A stretch of 64,000 nt of DNA from Rhynchopus sp. YZ270_cl-10 (lineage: Eukaryota): the NCBI GenBank assembly GCA_964035575.1, contig OZ037834.1, forward strand, positions 1,302,001 to 1,366,000. The letters run 5' to 3'. Below are positions 10,896 to 22,100 of the stretch, piece after piece. The notes beneath the pieces were generated by a model that saw nothing but the letters and a program-made list of their open reading frames with translations, was not told the origin of the DNA and made no database searches. Position 1 is the stretch's first letter. Each line of letters begins with the position of its first letter. The position numbers and the translations under genes were made by a program.

Positions 10896-11565
10896 CTATT
10901 GCCCTATGATTACGTTGTTAATAGGGATGAAGAACAACTTCACGAAGAACCCAAGGAACCCGATCTGTGTGGTGTTGTTCAGTGTGTTGTTGGGTATTTT
11001 TTCCTCTTTTTTATTGATAAATTATTGGAGTAGTGTAGTTGCCTCGGGTTGTGTTGCCACAGTTGTGCAAATCTCCACCGTTTTTTTGAAAAATTGATTT
11101 TTTTTGTATGAATGCAGACACCCCGAGGATGAGCGTTGCAGAATTTTTTTGATAATCATTATGTTGGTCGTCGCCATTCATGCAGTACGTAGGGACAGAA
11201 GGAATCTTGCCATGCTGACTTTAATTAGAAGACGAGGCATTTGGCTGTCTAGACACATTTATGTTGTTTTACTGCGGGAAAGGATCAGACCTGACCCGAA
11301 GGAATTAGTTTCCTATGCTTTGAAAATCAAAGAAGAGAACGTACAAAGAACGTTCTACTAAAGGGGGGGAAAAACAGATGAGGGAAAAAGAGAGATGAGG
11401 GTCGAAAACCCTTCAACATACCGCAGTGAAGCCAACAGCGGTGGCCAGACCAACCTTGTTGAACTCGTCGAAGGTGGGCTTGTCGCACTTGTTCAAGAAC
11501 ATCTTCGAGTCGGAGAAGAAGGAGCGCAGGGGCTCCACGAACTCCTTCTGGATCAAGTCAGCCAT
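10896..11565 (-). CDS. SEC61G: Protein translocon subunit Sec61 gamma (70 aa, two exons)
   Basis: Exon 1 11565-11422 (MADLIQKEFVEPLRSFFSDSKMFLNKCDKPTFDEFNKVGLATAVGFTA); GTATGT...CAG intron 11421-10965; exon 2 10964-10896 (IGFLGFFVKLFFIPINNVIIGQ*). Carries the Sec61-gamma CxKP..EF and GFFVKL.IPINN signatures. Confidence 0.95.
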
Positions 11566-12184
11566 TTTCTTTTGTGTTTAAACTAGGGGAGGGGAACACC
11601 CTGAATAGGGACTCGGTGATGCGTGACGGGGGGAGAGGAGAAACAGGGGGAGAGATGAGCAAACTGAGAAAGGTACCAATCGATTATAGTTCTATCTTAG
11701 AAAAGCCTTTTAAACCGCGGCAGAAAAAGAGGAAAAAGAGGGGAACAGTTAGAAAAGTTAGATAAGTTAACCGATAACGCTACGCCTCGCTGTACGCACA
11801 CTAAGCCAAGGGGAGGAAAAAAGAGAGAACATTTCGTAAAAAATGACAGCTCTTTTCCTCCCCCCCCTTCACACTTCCCACTACCATAAAAATCACGGAA
11901 AGACCTACAACGTTTATTGCTGCTATCGACAATCACCTCTACAACGAGATGGGTTCTGCTCATCATCCCAAAGGGGCAAATATATTGACAACTGCACACC
12001 TGCATCCACAAGAGCAGCACCGATAAGGCACATCTTAGCACCTCTGGCTCTCACCCCACTCTTTTGCTTTGTTAAGTTGTTGGAGTAGTGTAGTTGCCTC
12101 GGTTGTGTGCTGCCTCCATCAGAGCAACAACACATCTTAGGACCTCTGGCCTCATCCCACTATTTCTCTTTTCTTTTCCTCTGT

Positions 12185-14551
12185 TCAATCCACCGAATCT
12201 ACGTGGTCGTGCAGAGCGCCGCCCACACTACCTCCCTGCATCTGACCGCCCTCTGTACTGCTGCTAGGCCTTTTACCTCCCCCTCCTCCACCTGCACCAG
12301 CACCCCCTTGCAACATCTGACCACCTTCTGCACTGAGATTTTTGCCACCAAATTCTGACGCAAAGGTACCTGGGGCTAGGCTGTTCACGTCGTCTTCTTC
12401 TGTATAGAGGCTGTGCATGCTTGGCTTTGCGCTTCGATGCGATCCTAAGGATTGTCGTAGCGACTGCGCACGCGACCCGACTGGAGATGCGAGAACACTG
12501 CTCCGCGCACTGTGCACGGTTGCGGGGACGTCGGCGTCGTCGTGCTCGCTTTCTGTCGCCTCACTGCTTCCTTCCTCCCCTACTGCCACCCGGCGTGCAC
12601 TGTCCTCAGGGGGGGGCTCCATCCTCGCGCCGGTTGCATTCTGGTTGAAGGTTTCCAACAGCTCATGCTTTCTATCTTGCTCACCATCTTCCAGAAGCGC
12701 TTCGCGGGTTTGCAACCATTTCTTCCGACTCTGTTGTGCCAGGTCATAGTCGCTTTGCACTTCCTCCGGCGAAGAGCAGCCTGAGGCAAGCTTCTTGAGG
12801 AGCATCTCCACCTTCGCCTCTAAGGCTTTTACTCTGTCTTCGTAGACCTCCCGGAGGAACGAGAGCTTTCCGTTGTATTCCGATTTGATGCGAGAGATGT
12901 GCGCACTCTCGTCGTCTGTACCCCCTTCTTCCTTGCGACGGTGGAGTGCGTCGTTGACCTCCTTTGTATCGGATTTGATATGACCAGGAGATTTCGGCTC
13001 AATGAGATGCGCATTATTCGCCACCTCCTTCCGGATCTGCCCAGACGGAACCGACATAGAAACGATCTTCATGAGGTGTTTATGTTCGTCCGATGTCGTC
13101 GCGGTGTCTGTCACGGAGTCTACATTTAGTTGTACCTGATTCAGGGATGCGTACATATCTGCCAGAGATGCGTCTGCTTGGGTCACTTCGTCGCCTCCTC
13201 CGGCACGTCTCGTGTAGTGAGTGATTCTCCCGGTGTGGTCAACAGTTAAGAGCGTGCCCTTCGGGCAGGCCCCGCGGAATGTGCTCTGGAAGACGCCGAC
13301 CGCTTTGCGTAGGTCGCAAAGCTTTGCCCGAATTGCCTGCAATTTGGAGTTCTGCATTTCATACGATTTGAGATGGTGCACCGACAAATTTAGAATCCGT
13401 TTTTTATCGCTCAATGCAATATGGAGATCCCTCGCGGTTTGGTGGAGACCTTCTCTGACGGAGTTGAAGCGGGAGGTGAGGTGGTGGAGGTGCACCTCGA
13501 GGGAGCGGAGCTTTGCCTTTTCTCCTTTGTTGGCGCGGGCTCCGATGGGGGAGGCGAGGTCCTCTACAGCTTCGCGGGTAGAGGCTTCGACACCTACTTC
13601 GGCCAGCATGTCTTGGAAGAAGCGTAGGCGTTGCTGAACGGCGTCTATTGAATGGCTGAAGGCAGAGCGGATAGGTGCAAGCCGTTCGTGGAGTTTTGCG
13701 TCCTCGGAAACGGCGTTCAGCTCGTCTTCATTGTAGTATATGTAGTCGTCTGCAAGCTGTTCAAACAGTAGGGCCATCTGCTCCTCTAATGAGGCGCTTT
13801 TCATTTCGAGTCCGGTGTGATTTGTCTCCAAGGTGTCAAGTGCCTGCCGTTGTTGCGCTTCTCGTGCCTCCAAAGTTCTTACCCTACTCTGCAAATTAGC
13901 AACCTCCTCCTTAGATTCCGCAAGTTCGCTCGAAACATCAATCAGCTTTTTTTTAGTAAGCCGCATTTCGGTGAAATGGAAAAGCTCGTCCGCAACGTCT
14001 TCGGAGAAAACGGTGTCAAAAAACGCTGCCAGCTGTCTCGTAAGCAATGACACTACGCGGTGGAGGCGGGAGGAAAGCAAGATGAGGTCCGTCATGGGGG
14101 AGGCAGAACCGTAGCCAAAGCCGGGGAGCTGCGCGGCAACGTTTTTAAAGGCGATTACGTCATAGAGCGAGCCGGCAAGGTTGGTGACGGTGCCCATCAA
14201 CGCTTCTTTGAGGCATTTGAGGGTCAACCAGTGGCTGGTGGAGAGCTCACCTAGTTGGTCTTGAAGGTTTAAGGCTGAGGGGATGAAGGAGGCATCGGTC
14301 TGTACTGTGGTTTCGACGCTGTAGCCTCTGGACTGTTGCTTCCGTTCTCCTCGCGTCTCGTAGGCAGCAGGCTGTGGACGGTCTGCAGTCGGGCTTGGCT
14401 GTGGACTGTTTTCGTTCGGGTTGTCGTTTTGGTTGGTCGCGTTGGCGTGCCCCCTTCGTGCCAGTGCTGGTTGTTCTGACGATGATTGGGTTCTTCGAAC
14501 GTTACGGCTTGAGACATTACCTTTGAGCAGACCATTGCCGGAAGGTTTCAT
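12185..14551 (-). CDS. Uncharacterised coiled-coil protein (788 aa)
   Basis: Long uninterrupted ORF with heptad-rich E/L/K/Q segments (e.g. ELAESKEEVANLQSRVRTLEAREAQQ) and low-complexity termini; no recognisable catalytic motif. Confidence 0.8.
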   Translation of the reverse strand: MKPSGNGLLKGNVSSRNVRRTQSSSEQPALARRGHANATNQNDNPNENSPQPSPTADRPQPAAYETRGERKQQSRGYSVETTVQTDASFIPSALNLQDQLGELSTSHWLTLKCLKEALMGTVTNLAGSLYDVIAFKNVAAQLPGFGYGSASPMTDLILLSSRLHRVVSLLTRQLAAFFDTVFSEDVADELFHFTEMRLTKKKLIDVSSELAESKEEVANLQSRVRTLEAREAQQRQALDTLETNHTGLEMKSASLEEQMALLFEQLADDYIYYNEDELNAVSEDAKLHERLAPIRSAFSHSIDAVQQRLRFFQDMLAEVGVEASTREAVEDLASPIGARANKGEKAKLRSLEVHLHHLTSRFNSVREGLHQTARDLHIALSDKKRILNLSVHHLKSYEMQNSKLQAIRAKLCDLRKAVGVFQSTFRGACPKGTLLTVDHTGRITHYTRRAGGGDEVTQADASLADMYASLNQVQLNVDSVTDTATTSDEHKHLMKIVSMSVPSGQIRKEVANNAHLIEPKSPGHIKSDTKEVNDALHRRKEEGGTDDESAHISRIKSEYNGKLSFLREVYEDRVKALEAKVEMLLKKLASGCSSPEEVQSDYDLAQQSRKKWLQTREALLEDGEQDRKHELLETFNQNATGARMEPPPEDSARRVAVGEEGSSEATESEHDDADVPATVHSARSSVLASPVGSRAQSLRQSLGSHRSAKPSMHSLYTEEDDVNSLAPGTFASEFGGKNLSAEGGQMLQGGAGAGGGGGGKRPSSSTEGGQMQGGSVGGALHDHVDSVD

Positions 14552-14988
14552 TGGGGGAGAGGGGGGAGGGAGGGAGGGGGAGAGGAGGAGGGGTTATGTG
14601 AGTAAGAAGAAGAACTGTGTAGCACGGTGAAAACTAAAATCTGAGGGGGGTGGAAGTGAAATAAAAGCGGGTGTGTGTGGCTGGGGGGAGAAGAAGAGGA
14701 ATATTTGAGGGGTAAGGTGTTGTGGAGAGAGCGTTTTTTTCATATAGGTTGGGTTATTTATAGGCATATGCTAAAGTGCCGTTTCGCCATTTTTTTTTTT
14801 TTTGTGAGAACGATGGGTTTTGTCATAGTTTTATAGGGTGGAAAAAGATGCTTTTTTTTTGGAAAAAAAAAGGGCGCAAAGCAGATCCCATTTTTGCGAG
14901 AGAAAAAGAGAAGATACGTTGAACAAAACGCCTCACCGTACATCAGCGGACACAAACACTCCCCGCGGGTTATCGAACCTCCTCCGCC

Positions 14989-15582
14989 TCACAACAACAC
15001 CGGAAACTTCCACTGCCTCCTCCCATCTTGATGAGCGTAGAACACATCCCCCTTCCGCGACCGCAGCTCCGTCCACCCTGGGGGGAGCGGGTCGGAGAGA
15101 AGGCTCATTGGGGGCTCTTCTCCGTAGCGCGCTAGCAGGGCTTTGAGGAGTGAGAGCTCGGCACCTGCGTGGGCACGGAGGAGGGTGGCGACGTGGGGGA
15201 GCTGGGCAGGGTCGTAGAGGGTGAAGAGGCGGCGGAGGCGTTCGTGGTAGTACGCTGTGGAGAGGGCGGACACTTTGGCGTGGCGATGTGGCTTGGGGAG
15301 GCCGATCACGTCGGATACTATGTTTGTTCGTGGGACTGTGGTGGTGGTGGTGGTGGTGGTGGTGGTGGTGGTGTCGTACGCATCGTTGCTAGTCAGTTCG
15401 TGGTCCTGCGCCTCGTGGCCCTCCCAAACAGCGGCCTCGGCTGCCCGTGCCTCGACCTCGGCTTGATGTGCAAGTGCTAAACGCCTCTCCCTCCTCTCCT
15501 CCGCCAACCGAGGATCCGCCCCACCCCATTGACTCCCTCCACTCGCCCGGTTCCATCCAGGAAGGTCAGGGGTTTCTTGCAT
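14989..15582 (-). CDS. WW-domain protein with a small helical protist-type module (197 aa)
   Basis: C-terminal PLPPGWTELRSRKGDVFYAHQDGRRQWKFP fits the WW consensus. It is preceded by YHERLRRLFTLYDPAQLPHVATLLRAHAGAELSLLKALLARYGEEP and a poly-Thr microsatellite. Confidence 0.8.
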   Translation of the reverse strand: MQETPDLPGWNRASGGSQWGGADPRLAEERRERRLALAHQAEVEARAAEAAVWEGHEAQDHELTSNDAYDTTTTTTTTTTTTVPRTNIVSDVIGLPKPHRHAKVSALSTAYYHERLRRLFTLYDPAQLPHVATLLRAHAGAELSLLKALLARYGEEPPMSLLSDPLPPGWTELRSRKGDVFYAHQDGRRQWKFPVLL

Positions 15583-17010
15583 ATTTTGGTATCGATTTTG
15601 TCGTGTCCAGTTGGTAGGTTAGGGGTGCGCAAAGATTTGGAAGCCTTTTTGTACAGAAAAGGTATAGACGAAGAGGAACCCTTAACCCTGAATAAATGAA
15701 GCTATCTTGGTTGGTGCTGGAATGAATATAGTGTGGGGGTATGGGTTGGGGTCATGTGTGTGGGGATAGGGGGTAGGGGTGGTTTCTGTTTAAGGCAGGG
15801 CTCAGGAGAGGGGCTTGCGGCTGTTAGAAAAAAAAGGAGGGTATTATGGGGAAATTCCTCGTTGTGGGGAAATGTTGTCTAGGAAAGAGAGAAACTAAGC
15901 GACGGCACCACAGTCTATCCGTATGGTACCCGACGGGAACGGCGGACAACGCGGGGAAAAGGGACGCGAACCAATCAAGCCTACCTTCTACAAACGTTGC
16001 CACCAAAACCCTCACCGAGCTTAACTACTGCAAACGCACAAACCCCTGGTACCTGCAGCAGCCCGGTGTCGGCCTAAACAAAAAAGCCGAAGAACTTATA
16101 AGAAGCCGAAAGAAGCCGAAGAACTTTAAAAAAGGGGCACTAAAAAGGACCACGAGCCCTCACCCCCACGGAGGAGGAGCGAACTGTTGTTGCGGCCACC
16201 GCACCACTGTGGCGTGCATACGTAATGCGCTTCCTCCCGGTCCAATACACACTGAATTCACAGACGGCATATTAGGCCTAGGGTGGACATGGCCAGTGTG
16301 TGAGTGGATCCACGCTTTCGCGATACCACTGGACGATGCAGCAACGCCTCTACCTCTCTCCGGTGATGACGGTTGTGCTGGTGGCGCACGACCGTCACCA
16401 CCGGACGCACTGCCACCAGCACAACCGCCACACCAGAACGCACCACACCAAAACGCACCACCGCGCCTCACTATCACTGGATTGGGTTATCGAACCCCGG
16501 AGTATTGCTAGGAGTTGCTAACAGGAAAACTGTAAGCAGGCAAACACAGTCATTTCCCCATCCTGACTGGTAAGGGGTGATACTATGATCTATAAAGACT
16601 CAAGAAAAGTGTCCTGGAACGCAACAAAAAAAAAGGTAAAACTGATATGTGCTTCGAACGCAGGTAACGCAAAAGGGGAGATGAAGTGGCCTATTTTTTT
16701 TGTCCTCCGGTATCGTGCCTTTTCTCGCGCACATTTTGTTTCGTTTGCCTTTTTTTTTTTTTTTTTGGATCTCTTCTATAACCAAGACTCTCCCTTGCTG
16801 TTTTCCTTCTCGAGAGATATATCATCCACACCCCACACCCTTCCGCCCATTCTGTCCTTAAGTGGGGTTTTCGAACTTCTCACAGGCTAGAAACGAAAAA
16901 GAAAAAAGACACAAAAAAAATGGGGTAAGATTGAAAAGCTGAATGCGGTCTGTATGGGACTCAAAAAGACATCGTTTTTCAAGAACGGAAAAGAAGAAAA
17001 AAGGGAAGAG

Positions 17011-17072
17011 TTATCGATGCAGGCACCCCTCCGACTGACGTACGATGCCAGCCATCCAGATGAAAGCACAAA
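17011..17072 (+). repeat. Dispersed short repeat family F (representative copy)
   Basis: gatgcaggca...ccgactgac...tacgatgccagccatccagatgaaagcac followed by an A-rich tail; copies near 2463, 3420, 25424 and 46942. Confidence 0.75.
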
Positions 17073-17378
17073 ACTACCCGAAAAAAAAAAATAAAAAAAG
17101 GTTGTGAGCTAGTGTTCAGTAACCCCCTATATTAGACGGACAAAAGTTGGTGAGACAGTCTTAAATAGTGACCTAAAACAAAATGCATGGGTTCCCCTCC
17201 CTATTCGTTTACTATAGTTTACTTCTTCTTTTTTTTATAAGGGCAGACCCAAATAAGAAAATGTCAAGCATCCCGAACTTTTGCCTTTTTTTTGCTCGTA
17301 GTTAGTACTCAGATTTCGAGAGCTGCAGGACGCTCAACACCATTAATACTTTATTCCGCCCTAAAGAAGAACAGTTTT

Positions 17379-17495
17379 TTGTTGTGTCGACAATCACCTG
17401 CTAGTGCAGGATCTGTACTCAATGTCGCCCGAAGGCTATTGTACTTAAAAGATATAGACGGAGGTCGTCCTCAACTCTGGAAAGTCGCTTTTATT
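17379..17495 (-). repeat. Dispersed short repeat family E (representative copy)
   Basis: ttgttgtgtcgacaatcacct... shared with copies near 11920, 33065 and 57358; on the minus strand it ends in an ACAACAA(A)n tail. Confidence 0.7.
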
Positions 17496-17944
17496 TGTTG
17501 TTTATGCATTCGAGTGCTGTAATATACACAAAAGTTGCATCATCAAAGTTTGGGGGATAGGGTGGGTTTAAGGGGTCACGTGAGAAAATAAAGTAGTTGG
17601 TTTAGAAATTCAGTACATCATGTTTCAGTCCTAACTGCATACATTGGTAGTATCAGAGGGGGGCATCGTCAGTGCAAGACCCTCCGAGATGTAAAGAGTT
17701 TTAACCACTGTTGCTATTATCAAACAACAGTCTTTGGCCACTACTTGTCTTTTCAAAAACTAAAACCTAGACCTGTCAACACAAAAATTATGAACGATTT
17801 AGCTTCTGTGAGCTCGCAAGGGAGGTGTCGCTACGCACCTGTCCGAAGACTGCTGCCCTTTTTTTTTTCCTTTTTGTGGCAAATTTTCACAAAAAATTGC
17901 ACAATTTTCGCGGGTTTGTGCAATTTTTATTTTTACCTCTTTTT

Positions 17945-18135
17945 TGGGGTGATCTGGGGTCTTTTTTTCCAAGATTATTCACTAGCCATTCACAAAAATT
18001 CACAAAAATTCACAAAAATTCACAAATATTCACGAAAACCTACACACCCGCGTATCACGTGTGTTTTCGCCTCGTTGTGAATTTTTGTGAATGGCTGGTG
18101 AATAATCTTGAAAAAAAAGTCCCCAGATCACCCCA
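17945..18135. mobile_element. TGG...CCA foldback MITE with ~60-bp TIRs
   Basis: tggggtgatctggggtctttttttccaagattattcactagccattcacaaaaattcacaa and its near-perfect inverse ending gatcacccca; flanked by ttttt on both sides, compatible with a 5-bp TSD. Confidence 0.8.
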
Positions 18136-19176
18136 TTTTTGCACATTTCATTTTAAATAACATCCCCCCCATCCCTCATTCTTTTGCCATGCATCATCTG
18201 ACAAAGGGAAATATATATAAAAAAAGCAGTTACACACCCAATTTCCTTCCCCCCCTTTTCATCCTGCCGAAGATAGTCTTCTCTTAGTATATAACAAAAT
18301 CTAAGTAACCAACACTTTTTCCTTTGTGTCGGTTATATTTTTTTTTTAGGTTTTTAAAAATATGGGGGGACTGCAGAAATTAGTCTAAGTGGGGTATCTT
18401 ATCAAATATGACATAAAATGTCATTTCGACAATGACACGATAAAACAAAAAACGATAAACAAAATTGCCCTGTTGGATTGCAGACTCAGGTGGAGAACGC
18501 AAAAAAGAGGGCAAACTTTGCGGGAGGTGGACGAAATAGGGAAGAAAAACACAAAAGAAACTGTAGTTGTTGATGCACACAGTCTCTTCGTATAAAAAAG
18601 AAAGTCAGAGAAAAAAAATGAATCTGTCCCTTGCTGTGCGCGTCAATTCAAACAAAAATGGGGGATGGGTAATATTTTCTGCAGAAAATAAAGCGAATTT
18701 TCAATGTGCAAACCGACGCATCGACATCGGACGCAGGCATTGCAATAGACAATAAGATACCCCATTTCTTTTTCTATACACAATAGAGATATCAATAATA
18801 AAAGACAAACCATGTTTTTTTTTTTTTTTTTTTTTGGAAGAAGAAAGGGAAAAAAAGGGTTTATAAGATGGACCTCACCTTTTAAAAAAATAAACATCTT
18901 CGTTCCTCGGCCATACTCTTTTCGCTCCTTTCCTTTAAGACATTTTACATTATTTTTCACATAGTCTTTCGGGGCCTTTTTAATCTCGCAGTGTTAACAC
19001 TCAACGTCTACTACACACTTTCCCATCCCTTCTTCCCTTTCCCCTTTTTTTTTTTGAAAACTTGGTTGTATATTAGTGTAGACACCCCGAGGATGAGCTC
19101 CACCATATACTTTTTTTTCTTCTTCACTTCGGGTGATTTTGGTATTGTTCTCCTTTTAGTAGTTGAGACAGTTTGA

Positions 19177-22100
19177 TCACCAGCGGAAACGGTAGCGGAT
19201 GGAGGGTACTTCCGCCCCCTCGCCTTCATAGTCAGCACAGACCTCGATGTTGATGTACTTCGTCGCCGCAGGCAGGTCCACCTTGGTGATCTGCTGGACC
19301 AGCTCCGACACCTTTGTCTTGAGACGCTTTGACTTCTCGGATTGCTTCTGGAAGAAGGTGTAGATGATGCTCGAGCCGGCAGAGACCTGTTGAGGGTGAA
19401 GAAGAATTCAGGATAGTACTTTAACTACAGGATGGATCTTGTCCAACAGCTCCAAGGTTGTCACCTTGTGGTAGGAAAAAAAGATCGGGTCTTTTGTGCG
19501 CTCAAAGCCGGAAAACAAAAAGATGAAAAAAAATGTGTTTTGTTGAAATTTTCTGGCTTTTTCTGAACTTTTCCCAGCTACTTTTCTGGTCGAGTAGCTC
19601 ACTTTTCTGATCGAGTAGCTCACTTTTCTGGTCGAGTAGCCGACTTTTCTGATCGAGTAGCTATTTTCACTTTTCTGGTGTATGAGTAGGTTTTCTGGGT
19701 GGGAGACTGGATTCTGGGTACAGTGGTGTGTCTGGGCACCCAGGCACCTGGGTACTGGTGTATTTTCGGCCCAGGACCCAGGTACCCAGGTACCCAGGTA
19801 CCCTGGTGTACAAGGAAAAAAGTCGTGAAAGAGCAACCACAGCTCCACATGACAAACACAAAAGTGTCCAGTCACATGGGGCATTCATGCACTGAGGAGA
19901 TAATGATCCAACAATTTACAAGAAAGATTACTTAACCTACTGCTGGAAGTTGCCAGGTCGTAACACACAAAGTGTGCCTCCGTTCGGGAAGACCGGATAT
20001 TCTAGAGACCAAAAAGGCCTCTTCCGCTAGTCAAGGTATAACCGAATGAACGGCCCAAGACCCCCGTGGAGAAGTTAAATGTTGTAATGCTATCAAGTAC
20101 AAACTGCGACCACTGTCTTACCCTCCTCAATGCATGGTGGAAGATGTCTTGACAACAAATATCCTGTACACAGGTACACAGATAAAACCCGTTAAAATTG
20201 TGTGTAAAAGTTCCTCAAAGCCAGAAAATTTCAACAAAGCCCTGTTTTCACCTCCCAAAAAGTCGTTTTCTCTTGATTCGTGATTTCTGAGTGTGCACTC
20301 GTGCCCTGCGGGCACTCGTGCACACTCAGAAAACACTCATCAAGAAAACGACTTTTCTGGTCGGTAAAAAATAGCTAAAACTGAAGTATGGTTGTTGTGG
20401 TTAATTGTACTCAAAGAACGAGCAAGTAACAGAGAAAAAAGTGGTCGGTACTTTTTTTGGATGGATTTTTGTTTTCTCTTGATAAATTGTTGGAAAGAGT
20501 GGTGTCCTTTTGTACAAAAAGCTCCACTTTTTGTTTGAGGGATGGTACATACCATAGAAACCTCAAGAGAGTGTCTCTCCTCGAAGAGGTCGATGAACTC
20601 ACGCAGGGTGATGTCCTTCCCTTCGTCGATGTCGAACCTGTCCCAGAGGGTCCACTTGATTGGCTTGTCCGCAGGTCCGTACGACACCTCTGGCGCCTTC
20701 GCGGGCTCGCTCAGCGTCAAAAACGGAATCGCGAGGTTGAGGAATCCGTTCTTGTAGTCCTCCAGCTTCTTCCCCGTCTGCAGCACCTTGAGAAGCTCGA
20801 AACACACCAGCCCGGTGACAAGCGATGTTGTTGTCACCATGGCGGGGATGATCTGTTTAAAAAAAACGATTCAATTAATGCAACATCATAACGTTGCTAA
20901 AAGACAATTAAGTGTGAAAGGTTAATCAATACCTTTCCGGCAATAAGCTTTGTCTTGATGCGGTCGGACTCGGGGATCTTGTAGACTCTGGCCCTGAGGT
21001 TGGAGCATGCTGTGATGTAGTCGATGTGGTGGTTGCTGTCGTCGTCCTTCTCAAAGGCGACCTCGCTAAGGCGGAGTTTGATGCCGTCACGTGCAGGGAG
21101 ACGTGCCTCCACTTCCTCGGGTGTGATGTGCACGTCGTCTGCCGCGTCCACCTTCTGGTTCTCCTCGATCTGGATGGCAACCTTCTTTGCCTCCCACGGC
21201 AGCGCAGGGAGTGATCCTGCGAAGGAGACAGCCTGCAGAGAGAAAAGGTATGGGGTATGGGGTCATGAAAACATCAGACAAAGGGGGGGTAAGGGGGTAC
21301 ACAGTAGGTATTGCAATAATATTGTTTTGTTGTAGTATAGTTGACTCGGTTTGTGTTGCGACAGTTTGGGTGCAAATATGTACTTTCATTATTGATTTGT
21401 AGACAGGAAACCCCACTACTTATGAAGGGTTTTATTGAAAGAAAATTTTGGTGGGTGAGGAACATAATCCGTGGAAAAGGAAGATTGAAGATTGAAGGGA
21501 GAATGGGGATAATGTAGGATGTACGACATACCTGAGCTCTGTCGGCGGTGACGTCGATGTTGTAGACGAAGGCCTTGAGGCAGGAGCAGTGGTAGATGAA
21601 GTCAGCGTGGATGGTGTCGTTCGCGTCGAACTGTTGTTGTGGATGGTGTCATTTTTTTTTCTCGTAAATCTACAAAAGGGTGACTTTGAAGACACAGAAG
21701 ACAACAAAAAAAAGCAATACAGTAGCAGGCAACATTATTTCATATACATTCTTTCATTTGGAAAAAGGTATAGAGGCTACAAAGAAGTACCCACAGTAGT
21801 ACAGTAGCGGCAACATTGAAAAAATCTGAAAATACACCTTAATTATTGACCCCCCTTTGATATTTTAACCCTCCAATGTTTATATCGCGACTGCAATGGG
21901 AACCATGGGAAACACATACCTCAAGGATAGATGGGGGACGCTTTGCGCCACTCCAGAAGAGCTCCCCGCTTGTGGTCGTCTGGTCCAACGGAAGGTTGTG
22001 CAGGAGGGTGCGGATGTCGTTTGTGAACATCTCATCGAACTTCCGACGGGCCCATTTGACACAATCCTCAAAGGTCGCAGGCATATCCGTTGTGAGCGCA

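Noticed and set aside
15846..16511. 221-aa plus-strand ORF and overlapping minus-strand ORFs
   Set aside because: No recognisable domain, low complexity, runs into a family-C repeat; may be element debris.
19578..19680. 21-bp repeats as a possible CRISPR array
   Set aside because: No unique spacers, intronic location, no cas genes, eukaryotic context.
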